NCBI GenBank assembly: GCA_045106895.1
Contig: JBGCFM010000042.1
Coordinates: 1-61,929 of the forward strand
Origin: Polyangiales bacterium
Lineage (GTDB): Bacteria > Myxococcota_A > Polyangia > Polyangiales > Houyiibacteriaceae
Length of the DNA: 61,929 nt
Direction of reading: 5' to 3'
The position numbers and the translations under genes are program-made. This document shows, piece after piece, positions 1 through 9,416 of this stretch (its first letter is position 1; each line of letters starts with the position of its first letter). Below the pieces are notes generated by a model. That model had not been told where the DNA came from, searched no databases, and saw nothing but the letters and a program-made list of their open reading frames with translations.

Positions 1-170
1 TTAGCGGTGCGCTTCTTCGCAGGCTTCTTGGCGACCTTCTTGGCTGCCTTTTTAGCGGTGCGCTTCTTCGCAGGCTTCTTGGCGACCTTCTTGGCTGCCT
101 TTTTAGCGGTGCGCTTCTTCGCAGGCTTCTTGGCGACCTTCTTGGCTGCCTTTTTAGCGGTGCGCTTCTT
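1..170. repeat. Perfect 51-bp tandem repeat (3 full copies plus a partial) encoding KKAAKKVAKKPAKKRTA
   Basis: Unit TTAGCGGTGCGCTTCTTCGCAGGCTTCTTGGCGACCTTCTTGGCTGCCTTT begins at 1, 52 and 103, with a partial copy at 154. Confidence 0.95.
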
Positions 171-380
171 AGCAGCCTTCTTCGCAACCTTCTTAGTGGT
201 GCGCTTCTTGGCAGCCTTCTTGGCCGTGCTCTTCTTCGCAGCCTTCTTGGCCGTGCTCTTCTTCGCAGCCTTTTTGGTCGTGCGCTTCTTGGCAGCCTTT
301 TTAGTCGTCTTTCGGGCTGCCTTCTTGGCGGCCTTCCGGACGGGCTTCTTTTTTGTGGATTTTTTCTTTTTGGTAGCCAT
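1..380 (-). CDS. Histone H1-like Lys/Ala-rich basic protein (3' end truncated by window edge)
   Basis: Manual minus-strand translation from ATG at 380: MATKKKKSTKKKPVRKAAKKAARKTTKKAAKKRTTKKAAKK..., no in-frame stop before position 1; GGAGAAGG RBS upstream. Missing from the ORF track because it has no stop. Confidence 0.85.
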   Translation of the reverse strand, partial: MATKKKKSTKKKPVRKAAKKAARKTTKKAAKKRTTKKAAKKSTAKKAAKKSTAKKAAKKRTTKKVAKKAAKKRTAKKAAKKVAKKPAKKRTAKKAAKKVAKKPAKKRTAKKAAKKVAKKPAKKRTA

Positions 381-649
381 ATGTGACCTTCTCCGATGGG
401 GGTCTGTTTGTGGGTGGTACCGTATTGTCACGTCACTTCACGTGTCAACCCGAAGCACACATAATTTATACCTAACTATACTCCATTTTAGCCAATTCTT
501 CGTCATAAGTAGTGAGTAAAGACGAAAAAACTCAATGATTTCGGCGCAAAGATGAAGTGACCAGAAAACCTCGAAAAAAACGCACTTTTTTCGCTGCGAC
601 GATCTGCTGGACGCCATTTTTGGCCCTGTGTCCCCCCCCATGCTCGCTG

Positions 650-678
650 TTGACATCGATTGGGGCGCCTCCTACCGT
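650..678 (+). promoter_or_regulatory. Putative sigma70 promoter for the OmpA/MotB gene
   Basis: TTGACA(650-655)-17 nt-TACCGT(673-678), then GGAGA RBS and ATG at 700. Confidence 0.55.
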
Positions 679-699
679 CCGCGCAACTTGGAGAACCTG

Positions 700-1515
700 A
701 TGCCTCGAACGTTCAAAATATTGCCCCTTCTTCTTCTTGGAATCGTGGGCGTCGCTTGTGGTCCTTCGCAGGAGCAACTCGACTCCGCGCTGGCCGAGAA
801 CGCAGACCTCCAGAGCCAATTAGACACGTCCAGGAGTGAAGGTGAGGCCCTTGAGGCTCGTATCGCCGCACTCCAAAACCAGAACTCCGAGCTCGTCGCC
901 CGTCTCCGCGCATTGGGAGAGGACGTGCAGGAGCTCGAAGGTGAAAGGTCCAGCCTTCAGGACAACCTTCAGGAGACCCAGCGGGCACTCGAAGAGCTCC
1001 GGGAACGGGAACGTCAAGCCCAAGCTCGTTTGGCGACGTTCCAGGGACTCATCGAGCGCTTTCGCTCGATGATCGAGAGCGGCCAGCTTCGAGTTCGAAT
1101 CGTTCGTAATCGCATGGTCGTGGAGCTTCCAGAGGGTGTGCTCTTCGACTCGGGTCGCGCAGACCTCAAAGACGACGGCCAATCCACCCTTGGTCAGGTC
1201 GCGACGGTTCTGAGCACTATTCCGAACCGTGAGTTTCAGATTGCAGGTCACACGGACAACGTGCCAATCGCCAACCGCCGCTTCCCCAACAACTGGGCTC
1301 TTTCCACAGCGCGCGCGGTGACCGTGGCCCGTTACCTTATCGATGACGGCAACGTCCCGGCCAACCGCATCAGCGCCGCCGGATACGCCGATACGCAGCC
1401 GGTTTCCGCCAACGACACCGCTGAGGGTCGCGCGCAGAACCGCCGCATCGAAATCGTCTTGGTCCCGAACCTGGATGAACTCCCAGACCTCAGTTCCTTG
1501 GCCACCACCGAATAG
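700..1515 (+). CDS. OmpA/MotB-family peptidoglycan-binding lipoprotein with coiled coil
   Basis: Lipobox-like GVAC, long coiled coil, C-terminal LFDSG...GHTDNVPI...NWALSTARA...NRRIEI OmpA_C motifs. Confidence 0.9.
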   Translation: MPRTFKILPLLLLGIVGVACGPSQEQLDSALAENADLQSQLDTSRSEGEALEARIAALQNQNSELVARLRALGEDVQELEGERSSLQDNLQETQRALEELRERERQAQARLATFQGLIERFRSMIESGQLRVRIVRNRMVVELPEGVLFDSGRADLKDDGQSTLGQVATVLSTIPNREFQIAGHTDNVPIANRRFPNNWALSTARAVTVARYLIDDGNVPANRISAAGYADTQPVSANDTAEGRAQNRRIEIVLVPNLDELPDLSSLATTE

Positions 1516-1536
1516 CCAGCCAGCCGAGTCGATGCG

Positions 1537-1575
1537 AGAAAGGCGCCACTCCACCCGGAGATGGCGCCTTTTTCT
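1537..1575 (+). terminator. Intrinsic terminator, possibly bidirectional
   Basis: AAAGGCGCCA...TGGCGCCTTTTT hairpin right after the stop codon. Confidence 0.75.
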
Positions 1576-1630
1576 ATATAAAACAGGCACTTATGCATCA
1601 CCACGGTGGGTGACAGGTTTGGCACCACCG

Positions 1631-1659
1631 TTGACCTATGGCTTCGAACAGATTATGGT
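1631..1659 (+). promoter_or_regulatory. Putative sigma70 promoter of cdnL
   Basis: TTGACC-17 nt-TATGGT. Confidence 0.55.
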
Positions 1660-1802
1660 CCGCGACGCTGCTCAAACTGAAAGGTCTGGCAGCGGGCCTG
1701 CCTCCTAAAACGCTCCACGCGAAATATGTTGGGTGGCCCAAGAGTTGATCTACGCGCCCCCAAAGCTTGGGGGACGCCGCCCAAAAAGTTCAAGGAGTTC
1801 TG

Positions 1803-2312
1803 ATGCCTACGGGTCAGCTTCAATTTAAAGTCGGCGACAAAGCCGTCTATCCAGCCCAAGGGGTTGCAGAGGTTGTTTCCATTGAGGAAAAGAGCATTGC
1901 TGGCAGCAAGCAGGTCTTTTACGTCCTCAAGATCCTCGACACCGATCGAAAGATCATGGTCCCTGTCGCCAATGCAGAGAACGTCGGGCTTCGTCCGCCG
2001 ATCTCTGAGGTGGACATCAAAGAGATCTTCATCATTCTCAAAGAGCGAACCATCGCCTTTGACAACCAGACATGGAACCGCCGTTACCGTGGGTTCATGG
2101 ACAAGATCAAGACCGGCTCGGTGTTTGACGTAGCGGAGGTCATGCGTGATCTCTACTGCTTGAAAGCCGACAAGTCCCTCAGCTTTGGCGAGCGAAAGAT
2201 GCTGGAAACGGCACGCAACCTCATCGTGAAGGAAATCGCCGTCGCTCGAAAAGAACCTGAAGAGAAGGTTCTGTCGGAGATCGAAGCGATCTTCGATCTT
2301 CCCGAAGAATAG
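1803..2312 (+). CDS. cdnL: CarD/CdnL-family RNA polymerase-binding protein
   Basis: FKVGDKAVYPAQGV...WNRRYR...KIKTGSVF...LSFGERKML matches the myxobacterial CdnL pattern; AGGAG RBS before ATG 1803. Confidence 0.92.
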   Translation: MPTGQLQFKVGDKAVYPAQGVAEVVSIEEKSIAGSKQVFYVLKILDTDRKIMVPVANAENVGLRPPISEVDIKEIFIILKERTIAFDNQTWNRRYRGFMDKIKTGSVFDVAEVMRDLYCLKADKSLSFGERKMLETARNLIVKEIAVARKEPEEKVLSEIEAIFDLPEE

Positions 2313-2452
2313 CCGCAGGCCCTTACCCGCCGTCTGGGTCTTTGGGCCCAATCACGTGCGGGATGGGTCAATCCTCAGGGCGTCGTTACGCCTCCCCCAG
2401 GCCGCCAAGGCCAGCTTACCCGCGGAGCTCAGCTCCGGTTTGTGAATACCCA

Positions 2453-3994
2453 ATGCGCAATAGTGCGCTTCTGATCAACGTCAGCGTCGGTGAAACCCGT
2501 GTGGCGTTGGTTGAAAAAGGCATCGCCCGAGAGCTCTTCGTCGAGCGACGAACCGAGCGTTCCCCCGTCGGCAACATCTACCTCGGTAAAGTCACCCGCG
2601 TGCTCCCGGGCATGCAGGCCGCTTTCATCGATGTAGGCCTGGACCGCGCGGCGTTCCTTCACGTGGAGGATCTCCAGCCCGCAAAGACCAACGAGCCAGA
2701 ACCGGAAGAGACTCCGAAGAAGGGCAAGAAGTCAAAGCGCGCTCAGCCGCGTAAGAGGGCCTCTCGAACGACGCCTATTCGCGACCTCTTGCGGGAAGGC
2801 CAAGAGATCCTCGTGCAGGTCTCAAAAGGCCCCATCGGGACCAAGGGCGCCCGCGTCACCGCGCACGTCTCGTTGCCCGGTCGACACGTCGTCTACGTGC
2901 CGGCCGGAGACTCCGTTGGAATCTCCAAACGCATCGGTCGAGAGGTCGAGCGAAAGGCGCTTCGGGAGGTGCTCGAGTCGGTGAAACCCGAGACCGGCGG
3001 CATCGTGCTCCGCTCTCTTGGCTCCGGAATCACCAAGAAGCAGCTCAAAGCCGACATCGGCTACCTGGTGAAGGTATGGGAAGGCGTGCAGGCCGCCATC
3101 GAGCAAAACAAGAAGTCGCGAAAAAAGCTCAAGGCTCCCTGTCTCATCCATGAAGAGCCCGACATCGTTCTGCGTAGCGCCCGAGACATCTTCACTGAGA
3201 GCGTCGACGAGATCGTCGTCGACGACCCCGCGCAGTTTGAGCGACTGAAGAACTTCCTCGGCATGTTCCTCGCGTCGCGTATCGACGACATCCAGTTTTA
3301 CGACGGCCAAGAACCACTCTTCGACGAGTTCGGCATCGAAGACGAGATAGCGCGGGCGCTGTCGCGGAAGGTGTCCCTGCCCTCCGGCGGCTACCTCATC
3401 ATCGATCAGGCGGAAGCTCTGACCGCCATCGATGTCAACACGGGCCGCTTCACAGGCAAGGGCCGAGATGTCACGGAGACGATTCTCCAGACCAACCTCG
3501 AGTCCGTCAAAGAGATCGGCTACCAGCTCCGCTTCCGGAATATCGGCGGCCTCATCGTCCTCGACTTCATCGATATGGAGAAGAGCAGCCACCGCGAAAA
3601 GGTCTACAAGGCTCTCGTCGCGGTGCTGCGCGAAGACAAAGCGAAGACAACGGCGGTTCGTATCTCGGAGCTTGGACTCATCGAGATGACGCGAAAGCGG
3701 ACTCGGGAATCCCTCGGACGAATGCTCTACGAGCCATGTTTCTACTGCGACGGCACGGGCGCGTTGAAATCGAAAACCACCGTGTGCCACGAGATCTTTC
3801 GGCAGCTCCGCCGCGAAAAAGACAGCCTCCCCGGCTACAAGATTACCATCACCGCACATCCTTCCGTGTGCGACACCCTTGAGCGTGAAGAGCGCGAGGC
3901 ACTCGAGGCGGCGTCTCAGGTTGTGCAACGACGTATCGAACTTGCCCCTCGAAAAGATTACCATCTGGAACAGTTCGACCTTACGGCGGGCTGA
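2453..3994 (+). CDS. rng: Rne/Rng family ribonuclease (RNase G-like)
   Basis: GNIYLGKVTRVLPGMQAAFID S1 start, EALTAIDVNTG, LRFRNIGGLIVLDFIDM, CFYC motif; about 513 aa with no RNase E C-terminal tail. Confidence 0.92.
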   Translation: MRNSALLINVSVGETRVALVEKGIARELFVERRTERSPVGNIYLGKVTRVLPGMQAAFIDVGLDRAAFLHVEDLQPAKTNEPEPEETPKKGKKSKRAQPRKRASRTTPIRDLLREGQEILVQVSKGPIGTKGARVTAHVSLPGRHVVYVPAGDSVGISKRIGREVERKALREVLESVKPETGGIVLRSLGSGITKKQLKADIGYLVKVWEGVQAAIEQNKKSRKKLKAPCLIHEEPDIVLRSARDIFTESVDEIVVDDPAQFERLKNFLGMFLASRIDDIQFYDGQEPLFDEFGIEDEIARALSRKVSLPSGGYLIIDQAEALTAIDVNTGRFTGKGRDVTETILQTNLESVKEIGYQLRFRNIGGLIVLDFIDMEKSSHREKVYKALVAVLREDKAKTTAVRISELGLIEMTRKRTRESLGRMLYEPCFYCDGTGALKSKTTVCHEIFRQLRREKDSLPGYKITITAHPSVCDTLEREEREALEAASQVVQRRIELAPRKDYHLEQFDLTAG

Positions 3995-4015
3995 GATGGC
4001 GGGGGAGCGGGGACG

Positions 4016-4348
4016 ATGAGCGAAGACAAGCGGCATGACGCGCGAGTGACGATCAACAAGGACTTCGAGTCCTTCGACGCCTTCGTCCACGAGTATGTGA
4101 CGAACATCTCTCGCAGCGGAGCCTTCGTGAAGTCCAAGCAGCCCCTGCCCATCGGCACTGAGGTCAACCTCAAGTTCACCGTGGTGATGGACGATATTGA
4201 AACCATCGAGGGGGTTGGCGAGGTTGTACGCGTGGAGAAGGACCCGCCCGGCATGGGCGTCGTTTTCACGCAACTGAGCAAGTACTCGGAGCACCTGCTC
4301 GCGACACTCCTGACGGCGCGAGCACCGGTGGAAGGCGACGAAGAATGA
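4016..4348 (+). CDS. PilZ-domain protein (myxobacterial type)
   Basis: RHDAR (RxxxR) and NISRSG (D/NxSxxG) motifs, GEVVRV, GMGVVF. Confidence 0.85.
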   Translation: MSEDKRHDARVTINKDFESFDAFVHEYVTNISRSGAFVKSKQPLPIGTEVNLKFTVVMDDIETIEGVGEVVRVEKDPPGMGVVFTQLSKYSEHLLATLLTARAPVEGDEE

Positions 4349-4659
4349 GCGCGCGTATCGGCGGCCGAAAGCTCACTGAGCTGAGCGACAAAGAACTCCA
4401 AGCTGAGGCTGTGCGTCGGCGCAAGCTGCGCTCCGGCGGACAGTCCGTGCCTCCCGAGATGAAGCGCTACTTTGCGAGCCTGGAGCTGGCCGAGACGGCC
4501 ACGCGCGAAGAAGTCGAGGACGCCTACGTCCGCCTGGTCGAAAAATACGATCCAGAGAAGCGACGCGGGGACCCGAAGAAGTTTGAGGCGGCCAAGGAGC
4601 TCTCGCGCTCACTGAGCCGAGCGTACCGCCGACTCTCCGAGTGGTTCGAGCAAAGCTAA
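4345..4659 (+). CDS. J-domain-like protein lacking HPD
   Basis: YFASLELAETATREEVEDAYVRLVEKYDPEK...LSRAYRRL follows the J-domain helix pattern; ATGA overlap with the PilZ gene. Confidence 0.7.
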   Translation: MSARIGGRKLTELSDKELQAEAVRRRKLRSGGQSVPPEMKRYFASLELAETATREEVEDAYVRLVEKYDPEKRRGDPKKFEAAKELSRSLSRAYRRLSEWFEQS

Positions 4660-4729
4660 GCGCAGCCCGCAACGCGTTGCCTGTGTCGATGTCAGGCACG
4701 CCTGCGTCGTGATCAATACGCCGCCGGCG

Positions 4730-4797
4730 CACGTCGTCCTGGGCGTCGCAGAACACGTCGTCCTGGGCGACGCCGAGCGACGCAGAGGCGTCCTGGG
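4730..4797. repeat. Short intergenic direct repeats between convergent genes
   Basis: CACGTCGTCCTGGGCG at 4730 and 4754, partial CGTCCTGGG at 4789. Confidence 0.6.
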
Positions 4798-4806
4798 TGG
4801 AGAAGC

Positions 4807-5736
4807 CTAGTTGGTGACTAGGTACCCGGCCTTCACCAACTTCACGAAGATGTTGCTGGTGTCGAGGTCGGTGGCGGCACTTCGGTCGAGAACCATCCCG
4901 ACATTGCCGAGATTGTGCGCGAGCTGCAGAACGTCGAGTTCATCGGGCGAGAGGTCGCGCAGCGGAGCGCTTAGTGGCGCGCACAAACGAACGCTCGCCG
5001 CGAGGGACGGCATGTCCGCTCCGAGTCGGCGCGACTCGTCGAGCTGGCGCATCGCCTCCATGAGCAAACCTTCGGTGCTCATGTTGATGGTCTGCGGGAA
5101 CTCTTGTTCCTGAACGCCTTCCATGTCGAAGGTGCCCTGCTCCCAAGTGATGATTCGGTAGAAGCTCTTCTCGGGGCTCGCGTCGAAGTTATCGTTCACC
5201 GTGGCGAACACAACGCGTCCCTTGTCCAAGTAGATGTGACCAACGTCGGCGCCGGTGCGCACAACTAGGGTGCCGCTCTTCTTGGATGCACCAAAGAGCT
5301 GAAGTAGGTCCGGCAGTGGCACCTCGGCGATGGAGCCGGTCATTGTGCGTACGTTGTTGCTTCGCTTGCCGGAAGCGACGTCCTCGAGGCGAGCCTGAGC
5401 CTCGCGGAGGTTCGGGCCACCATCGGTCGCGACGACCTTGATGATGCTGGTGCCGATGAGAATCCGGTCGCCTTCGTCGAGCTTCGCGCGCTTGATCTTC
5501 TCCCCGTTGACGAAGCTGCCGTTCGTGGAGCCTAGGTCTTGAAGAAAGATCTGCCCGGAAGTCACCGTGATCTTCGCATGACGACGAGAGACCATATCCT
5601 CGACGAGAACCATGTCGAGTTCGCTCGACCGTCCGATGACGATCTCGCCCGAATCCGGGAGGGGAAACTCCCCGCCTTGGTACTTGCCCGAAATAAAACG
5701 GAGGGCATGCGAGCGGGATAGTTGGGGCGAAGTCAT
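4807..5736 (-). CDS. FHA domain plus DUF4388-like domain protein
   Basis: IGRS...VSRRHA...DLGSTNGSFVNG FHA motifs, followed by GSIAEVPLPDLLQLFGASKKSGTL...GLLMEAMRQLDE. Confidence 0.88.
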   Translation of the reverse strand: MTSPQLSRSHALRFISGKYQGGEFPLPDSGEIVIGRSSELDMVLVEDMVSRRHAKITVTSGQIFLQDLGSTNGSFVNGEKIKRAKLDEGDRILIGTSIIKVVATDGGPNLREAQARLEDVASGKRSNNVRTMTGSIAEVPLPDLLQLFGASKKSGTLVVRTGADVGHIYLDKGRVVFATVNDNFDASPEKSFYRIITWEQGTFDMEGVQEQEFPQTINMSTEGLLMEAMRQLDESRRLGADMPSLAASVRLCAPLSAPLRDLSPDELDVLQLAHNLGNVGMVLDRSAATDLDTSNIFVKLVKAGYLVTN

Positions 5737-6089
5737 GAGGAGAGACGAGTTTGAGGGGATGGCCCTCGGCGAGAAGACGTTCTGAAAGTTCCCTTGGGAA
5801 ACAACGTTCGTGTCCAGGGTGTAGGCTAGAAGCCGCGGGGGTTATCGGTCAAGGTTCGGGAAGTCCAACTCACTGAAATTTCGCGGGATCGGGCGTTGTC
5901 CGGGCTCGCGACAGCCCTTCCGCGCGCGTTTTAGGCGCTGAAGTCCGAATACGCCAGCTTAGAGTTTCCGCACAGCTGCCTTCGTCGTCTCGGCGGAGGG
6001 ACCCAGACGGCATCGTGAGGTGCCTTCGCGAGCACAAATGGTACAAGTGGTGGGTGCTGCGCCCACCTCAAGGAAGCCTTTGGTGGGGG

Positions 6090-8936
6090 ATGTACATCGC
6101 GGCGACGCTGGCTTTGGCGCTGCCCGCGAATGCGCAGGTCCGCGACCGCAATGTGCGCTGGCATCAGATCGAAACCGATCACTTTGTCATCGCCTACCAT
6201 GAGCCGCTGGGGATCTTGGCTCGGCGCTCGGCCTATCTCTGCGAGCGCGCCCACGCACGCCTGTCGGATGTATTGGCCACGGACGCGAGCGACAAAACAT
6301 ACGTCGTGCTGACCGATGGAACGGACTCTGCGAATGGGTCCGCGACGTCATTGCCATACAACACGCTTCGCATCTTCGCGTCGGCACCGGACGACCTCTC
6401 GTCGCTCGGAGACGTCGACGACTGGCTTCACTTACTCATCACGCACGAACACACCCATGTCTTGCATCTCGACACGGTGGGCGGTCTGCCAGCGATCTTA
6501 AACCGAGTGCTCGGCAAGACCTTCGCGCCAAATCTGGTCCAACCACGATGGTTCATCGAGGGCCTGGCCACACACATGGAGACGCGCGAGAGCAGCGCCG
6601 GCCGACTGCGTTCGAGTCAGTTTGGGATGTTCATGCGAATGGACGCCCTCGAAGATCGGATGATGCGTCTCGACCAGATTTCGAACGTCGTCGACCGATG
6701 GCCCCGCGGCAACGCGTACTACCTCTACGGCTCTCACTTCGTCGACTGGATCGCGGACCAATACGGCCGGGAGGCGCTGACGGCGATCAGCCACGAATAT
6801 GGGCGGCGGCTTATTCCCTACGCGCTCAACCGCGCAGCGCATTCGGCGACGGGGTCGACCTTCGTCGAACTCTACGAACGCTGGCAAGACCATCAACGAG
6901 AGCTCGCCACAACAACGCGAGATGCCGTGCTCGCTGCAGGTCGCGTCGAAGGGGTACGCCTGACACACCGAGGTGACATCGCCCGAAGTCCTCGTTGGCT
7001 GGACAACGACACCATCATCTACTCGATGCTCGCCGGCGGCCTCGATGGGCAGCTACGCGCGGTGAGGCGCGACGGAGATGGCGAGGGGCGCGAGGTGGTG
7101 CGGACATCGGGCACCTCCTATTGGAGCACGGCTCCCGGCGGCGACATCGTGTACGCCGCCGTCGACACATCTGGAGATATCTACTCCCTCTACGACCTCT
7201 TTCGCCGCTCACCGGACGGCGAGGTGCAGCGACTGACGACCGGATTTCGTGCCCGTGACCCCGATGTGCGCGGCGAGCGCGTGGTGTTCACACAAAACGG
7301 TGCCGGAACCACGCACCTGATGATCGCAGACCTCGACGACGTCGTGGGCACGGCGCGGGTGCTCCTACGAAACCCTCGCTTCGCGCAGGTGTACACACCG
7401 CGTTTTTCACCGGACGGACACACCGTCGCCATCAGCCGATGGACGCGCGGGGGGTACCGCGACATCCAGCTCGTGGATGTCGCCAGCGGCCGGGTGCGGG
7501 CGATCACACGTGACCGCGCCATGGATACGGGTCCAAGCTGGTCACCAGACGGCGAGCATCTTTACTTCGCGTCCGACCGGACAGGCATCTCCAACATCTA
7601 CCGTTTCACAGTGGCGACGGGCGGCCTCGAACAAGTCACGAACGTGGTGAGTGGTGCGTTCTCGCCTTCGGTGTCGCCGGATGGCGAGCGAATCGCCTAC
7701 CTCGGCTACACAAGCTTCGGCTGGGATGTTTGGCAGCTTGAACTTCAAGGCGTTGAAGCCCGACAGGCGCCCTTTGAGACCACGGAGCGTGGCGGCCCTC
7801 CGCCCGACGGGGCTCTGGTGCGTCCCGCGCAGCGTTACCAAGCGTGGCGCACACTCTGGCCCCGGGCCTACCTCCTCGACTACCAGTCGACGGCGCTGGG
7901 CTTTGGCCTCGGAGTCAGCCTCGCCCAGACAGACATCGCCGGGCACTACCAATACAGCCTGCGGGTCGGGGTGGGCCTGGAGACGGGGTATGTCGATGTC
8001 GATGGCGCTTTTGTCTTCGGGCGCCTTCCAACGCCCATTCGAATTGGCGCTTATCGGCGTATCTCTCAACGCGGAGGCCTCGAAGTCGGAGGCGAGCGTC
8101 GAACTTGGGTGGAGGAAGCACTCGGCGCTGACCTCAGTATCTCCTACGCCCTGCCTCGCATGCTCCACGACGAGAGCATATTTGCGAGCTATTCGCTCTC
8201 ATGGTTGAGGCAGCATGAACCCTTCGGTGGACGCATCGACCCCAACACGCCGCCGCCGGTTTTTCCGACCACGGGCCGTGTCGCCACGCTGCGTTTCGGC
8301 TGGCGTTATTCGGATGTGCGCTCGCGGCTCTACGACATGACACCAAGCGCGGGCCGGGGCATCACCCTCGACGTGAGCGCATCGCACCCTGCCATTGGAA
8401 GCGAGTTCCGTGCCCTCTCGCTGAGGTGGAGTTGGCGTCGCTATGTGAGCGCCCCCTGGGGCAGAAACCACTCCTTCGCGTTTCGCTACGGCGGCGGAAT
8501 CAGTGGCGGAGATTTTGGGCGTCGTGGCGTGTTCACAATCGGCGGCTTCCCCGAGGCACCTATTATCGACGGGTTTCTCAACGGCGCATCCCTCGGCGGT
8601 GCTGCCCTCCGCGGCTACCCGGCGGCGAGTCGCGCCGGGACCCAAACGCACCTGCTTCAAGCGGAGTATCACCTGCCTTTGGTTCGAATCATGGCGGGGC
8701 CTGCCACCCTCCCCGTCTACATTCGCCGGGTTCATGCGGCGCTCTTCGTCGATGCTGGCAACGCCTTCTTTGGCCGTCTCAAGCCCGACGAGTTTCGCGT
8801 GGGCGTCGGCGCCGAGCTCTACACCGACATCCAGCTTGGCTATGTGCTCTCGTTTCGGATCCGCCTAGGCATCGCCTACGGGCTCATGGAAGACGGCGGC
8901 GTCCAGGGCTACTTGCATCTCGGTTCGCCGTTCTAG
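6090..8936 (+). CDS. Omp85/BamA-TamA family outer-membrane protein with N-terminal zincin-like domain and PD40 beta-propeller
   Basis: Signal peptide, HEHTH...WFIEGLA, several PxWSPDG repeats, LRGY motif, C-terminal Phe. Start may instead be GTG 6015. Confidence 0.82.
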   Translation: MYIAATLALALPANAQVRDRNVRWHQIETDHFVIAYHEPLGILARRSAYLCERAHARLSDVLATDASDKTYVVLTDGTDSANGSATSLPYNTLRIFASAPDDLSSLGDVDDWLHLLITHEHTHVLHLDTVGGLPAILNRVLGKTFAPNLVQPRWFIEGLATHMETRESSAGRLRSSQFGMFMRMDALEDRMMRLDQISNVVDRWPRGNAYYLYGSHFVDWIADQYGREALTAISHEYGRRLIPYALNRAAHSATGSTFVELYERWQDHQRELATTTRDAVLAAGRVEGVRLTHRGDIARSPRWLDNDTIIYSMLAGGLDGQLRAVRRDGDGEGREVVRTSGTSYWSTAPGGDIVYAAVDTSGDIYSLYDLFRRSPDGEVQRLTTGFRARDPDVRGERVVFTQNGAGTTHLMIADLDDVVGTARVLLRNPRFAQVYTPRFSPDGHTVAISRWTRGGYRDIQLVDVASGRVRAITRDRAMDTGPSWSPDGEHLYFASDRTGISNIYRFTVATGGLEQVTNVVSGAFSPSVSPDGERIAYLGYTSFGWDVWQLELQGVEARQAPFETTERGGPPPDGALVRPAQRYQAWRTLWPRAYLLDYQSTALGFGLGVSLAQTDIAGHYQYSLRVGVGLETGYVDVDGAFVFGRLPTPIRIGAYRRISQRGGLEVGGERRTWVEEALGADLSISYALPRMLHDESIFASYSLSWLRQHEPFGGRIDPNTPPPVFPTTGRVATLRFGWRYSDVRSRLYDMTPSAGRGITLDVSASHPAIGSEFRALSLRWSWRRYVSAPWGRNHSFAFRYGGGISGGDFGRRGVFTIGGFPEAPIIDGFLNGASLGGAALRGYPAASRAGTQTHLLQAEYHLPLVRIMAGPATLPVYIRRVHAALFVDAGNAFFGRLKPDEFRVGVGAELYTDIQLGYVLSFRIRLGIAYGLMEDGGVQGYLHLGSPF

Positions 8937-8942
8937 GACGCT

Positions 8943-9322
8943 TCACCACTCGTAGACGTCACTAAACTTCCACGTCACAACCAAGAGCTGCCCGAACGCG
9001 TTGAATGCGATGCGCTCGATTTGTCCGCCACGCGGCTGCTTGCCGAACACGAAGGTGCCAGCGCCATCGTAGACCTCGAAGTTCTTTCCCATCGCTAGAG
9101 CGAAGTACTCGCCCTCTCATCGCGACCAAGACCGACGACGTCGAAGTCGCGGCCCTTGTCCGTGGGGTCGGGCCTCGGATCCGCGATGACGGGAACCTCC
9201 CCCGCGCGGAAGCGTTCAACAGAGCGCGATCCAACCCACCATTCTTCCCTGCTACTCGACGAGCAGACCTGACCGGAGAAGCCGCCACGCTTGTGGCGAT
9301 GAATGCGAGCAGGCGGGGACAT
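8943..9322 (-). pseudogene. Probable frameshifted small gene (beta-propeller-like fragment)
   Basis: The frame from ATG 9322 reads ...DFDVVGLGRDE. A shift at the GAGAG near 9112-9118 continues as GEYFALAMGKNFEVYDGAGTFVFGKQPRGGQIERIAFNAFGQLLVVTWKFSDVYEW* (TGA at 8943). Confidence 0.4.
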
Positions 9323-9416
9323 GTCCAAGCCTAACACCCAGCGCCGTCAAGACGCTGGGTGGACTGAGGAGCTGCACCGTCGGCATGTTCGCGGATGGCG
9401 AATCGACGGCGGCGCC

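Noticed and set aside
7..519. 170-aa Phe/Leu/Ala-rich plus-strand ORF that looks like a membrane protein
   Set aside because: It is the antisense shadow of the Lys/Ala-rich histone-like gene, which has the RBS and a typical composition.
1620..1636. TGGCAC-N5-TTGAC as a sigma54 promoter
   Set aside because: The -12 element reads GA rather than the required GC; the TTGACC fits better as a sigma70 -35.
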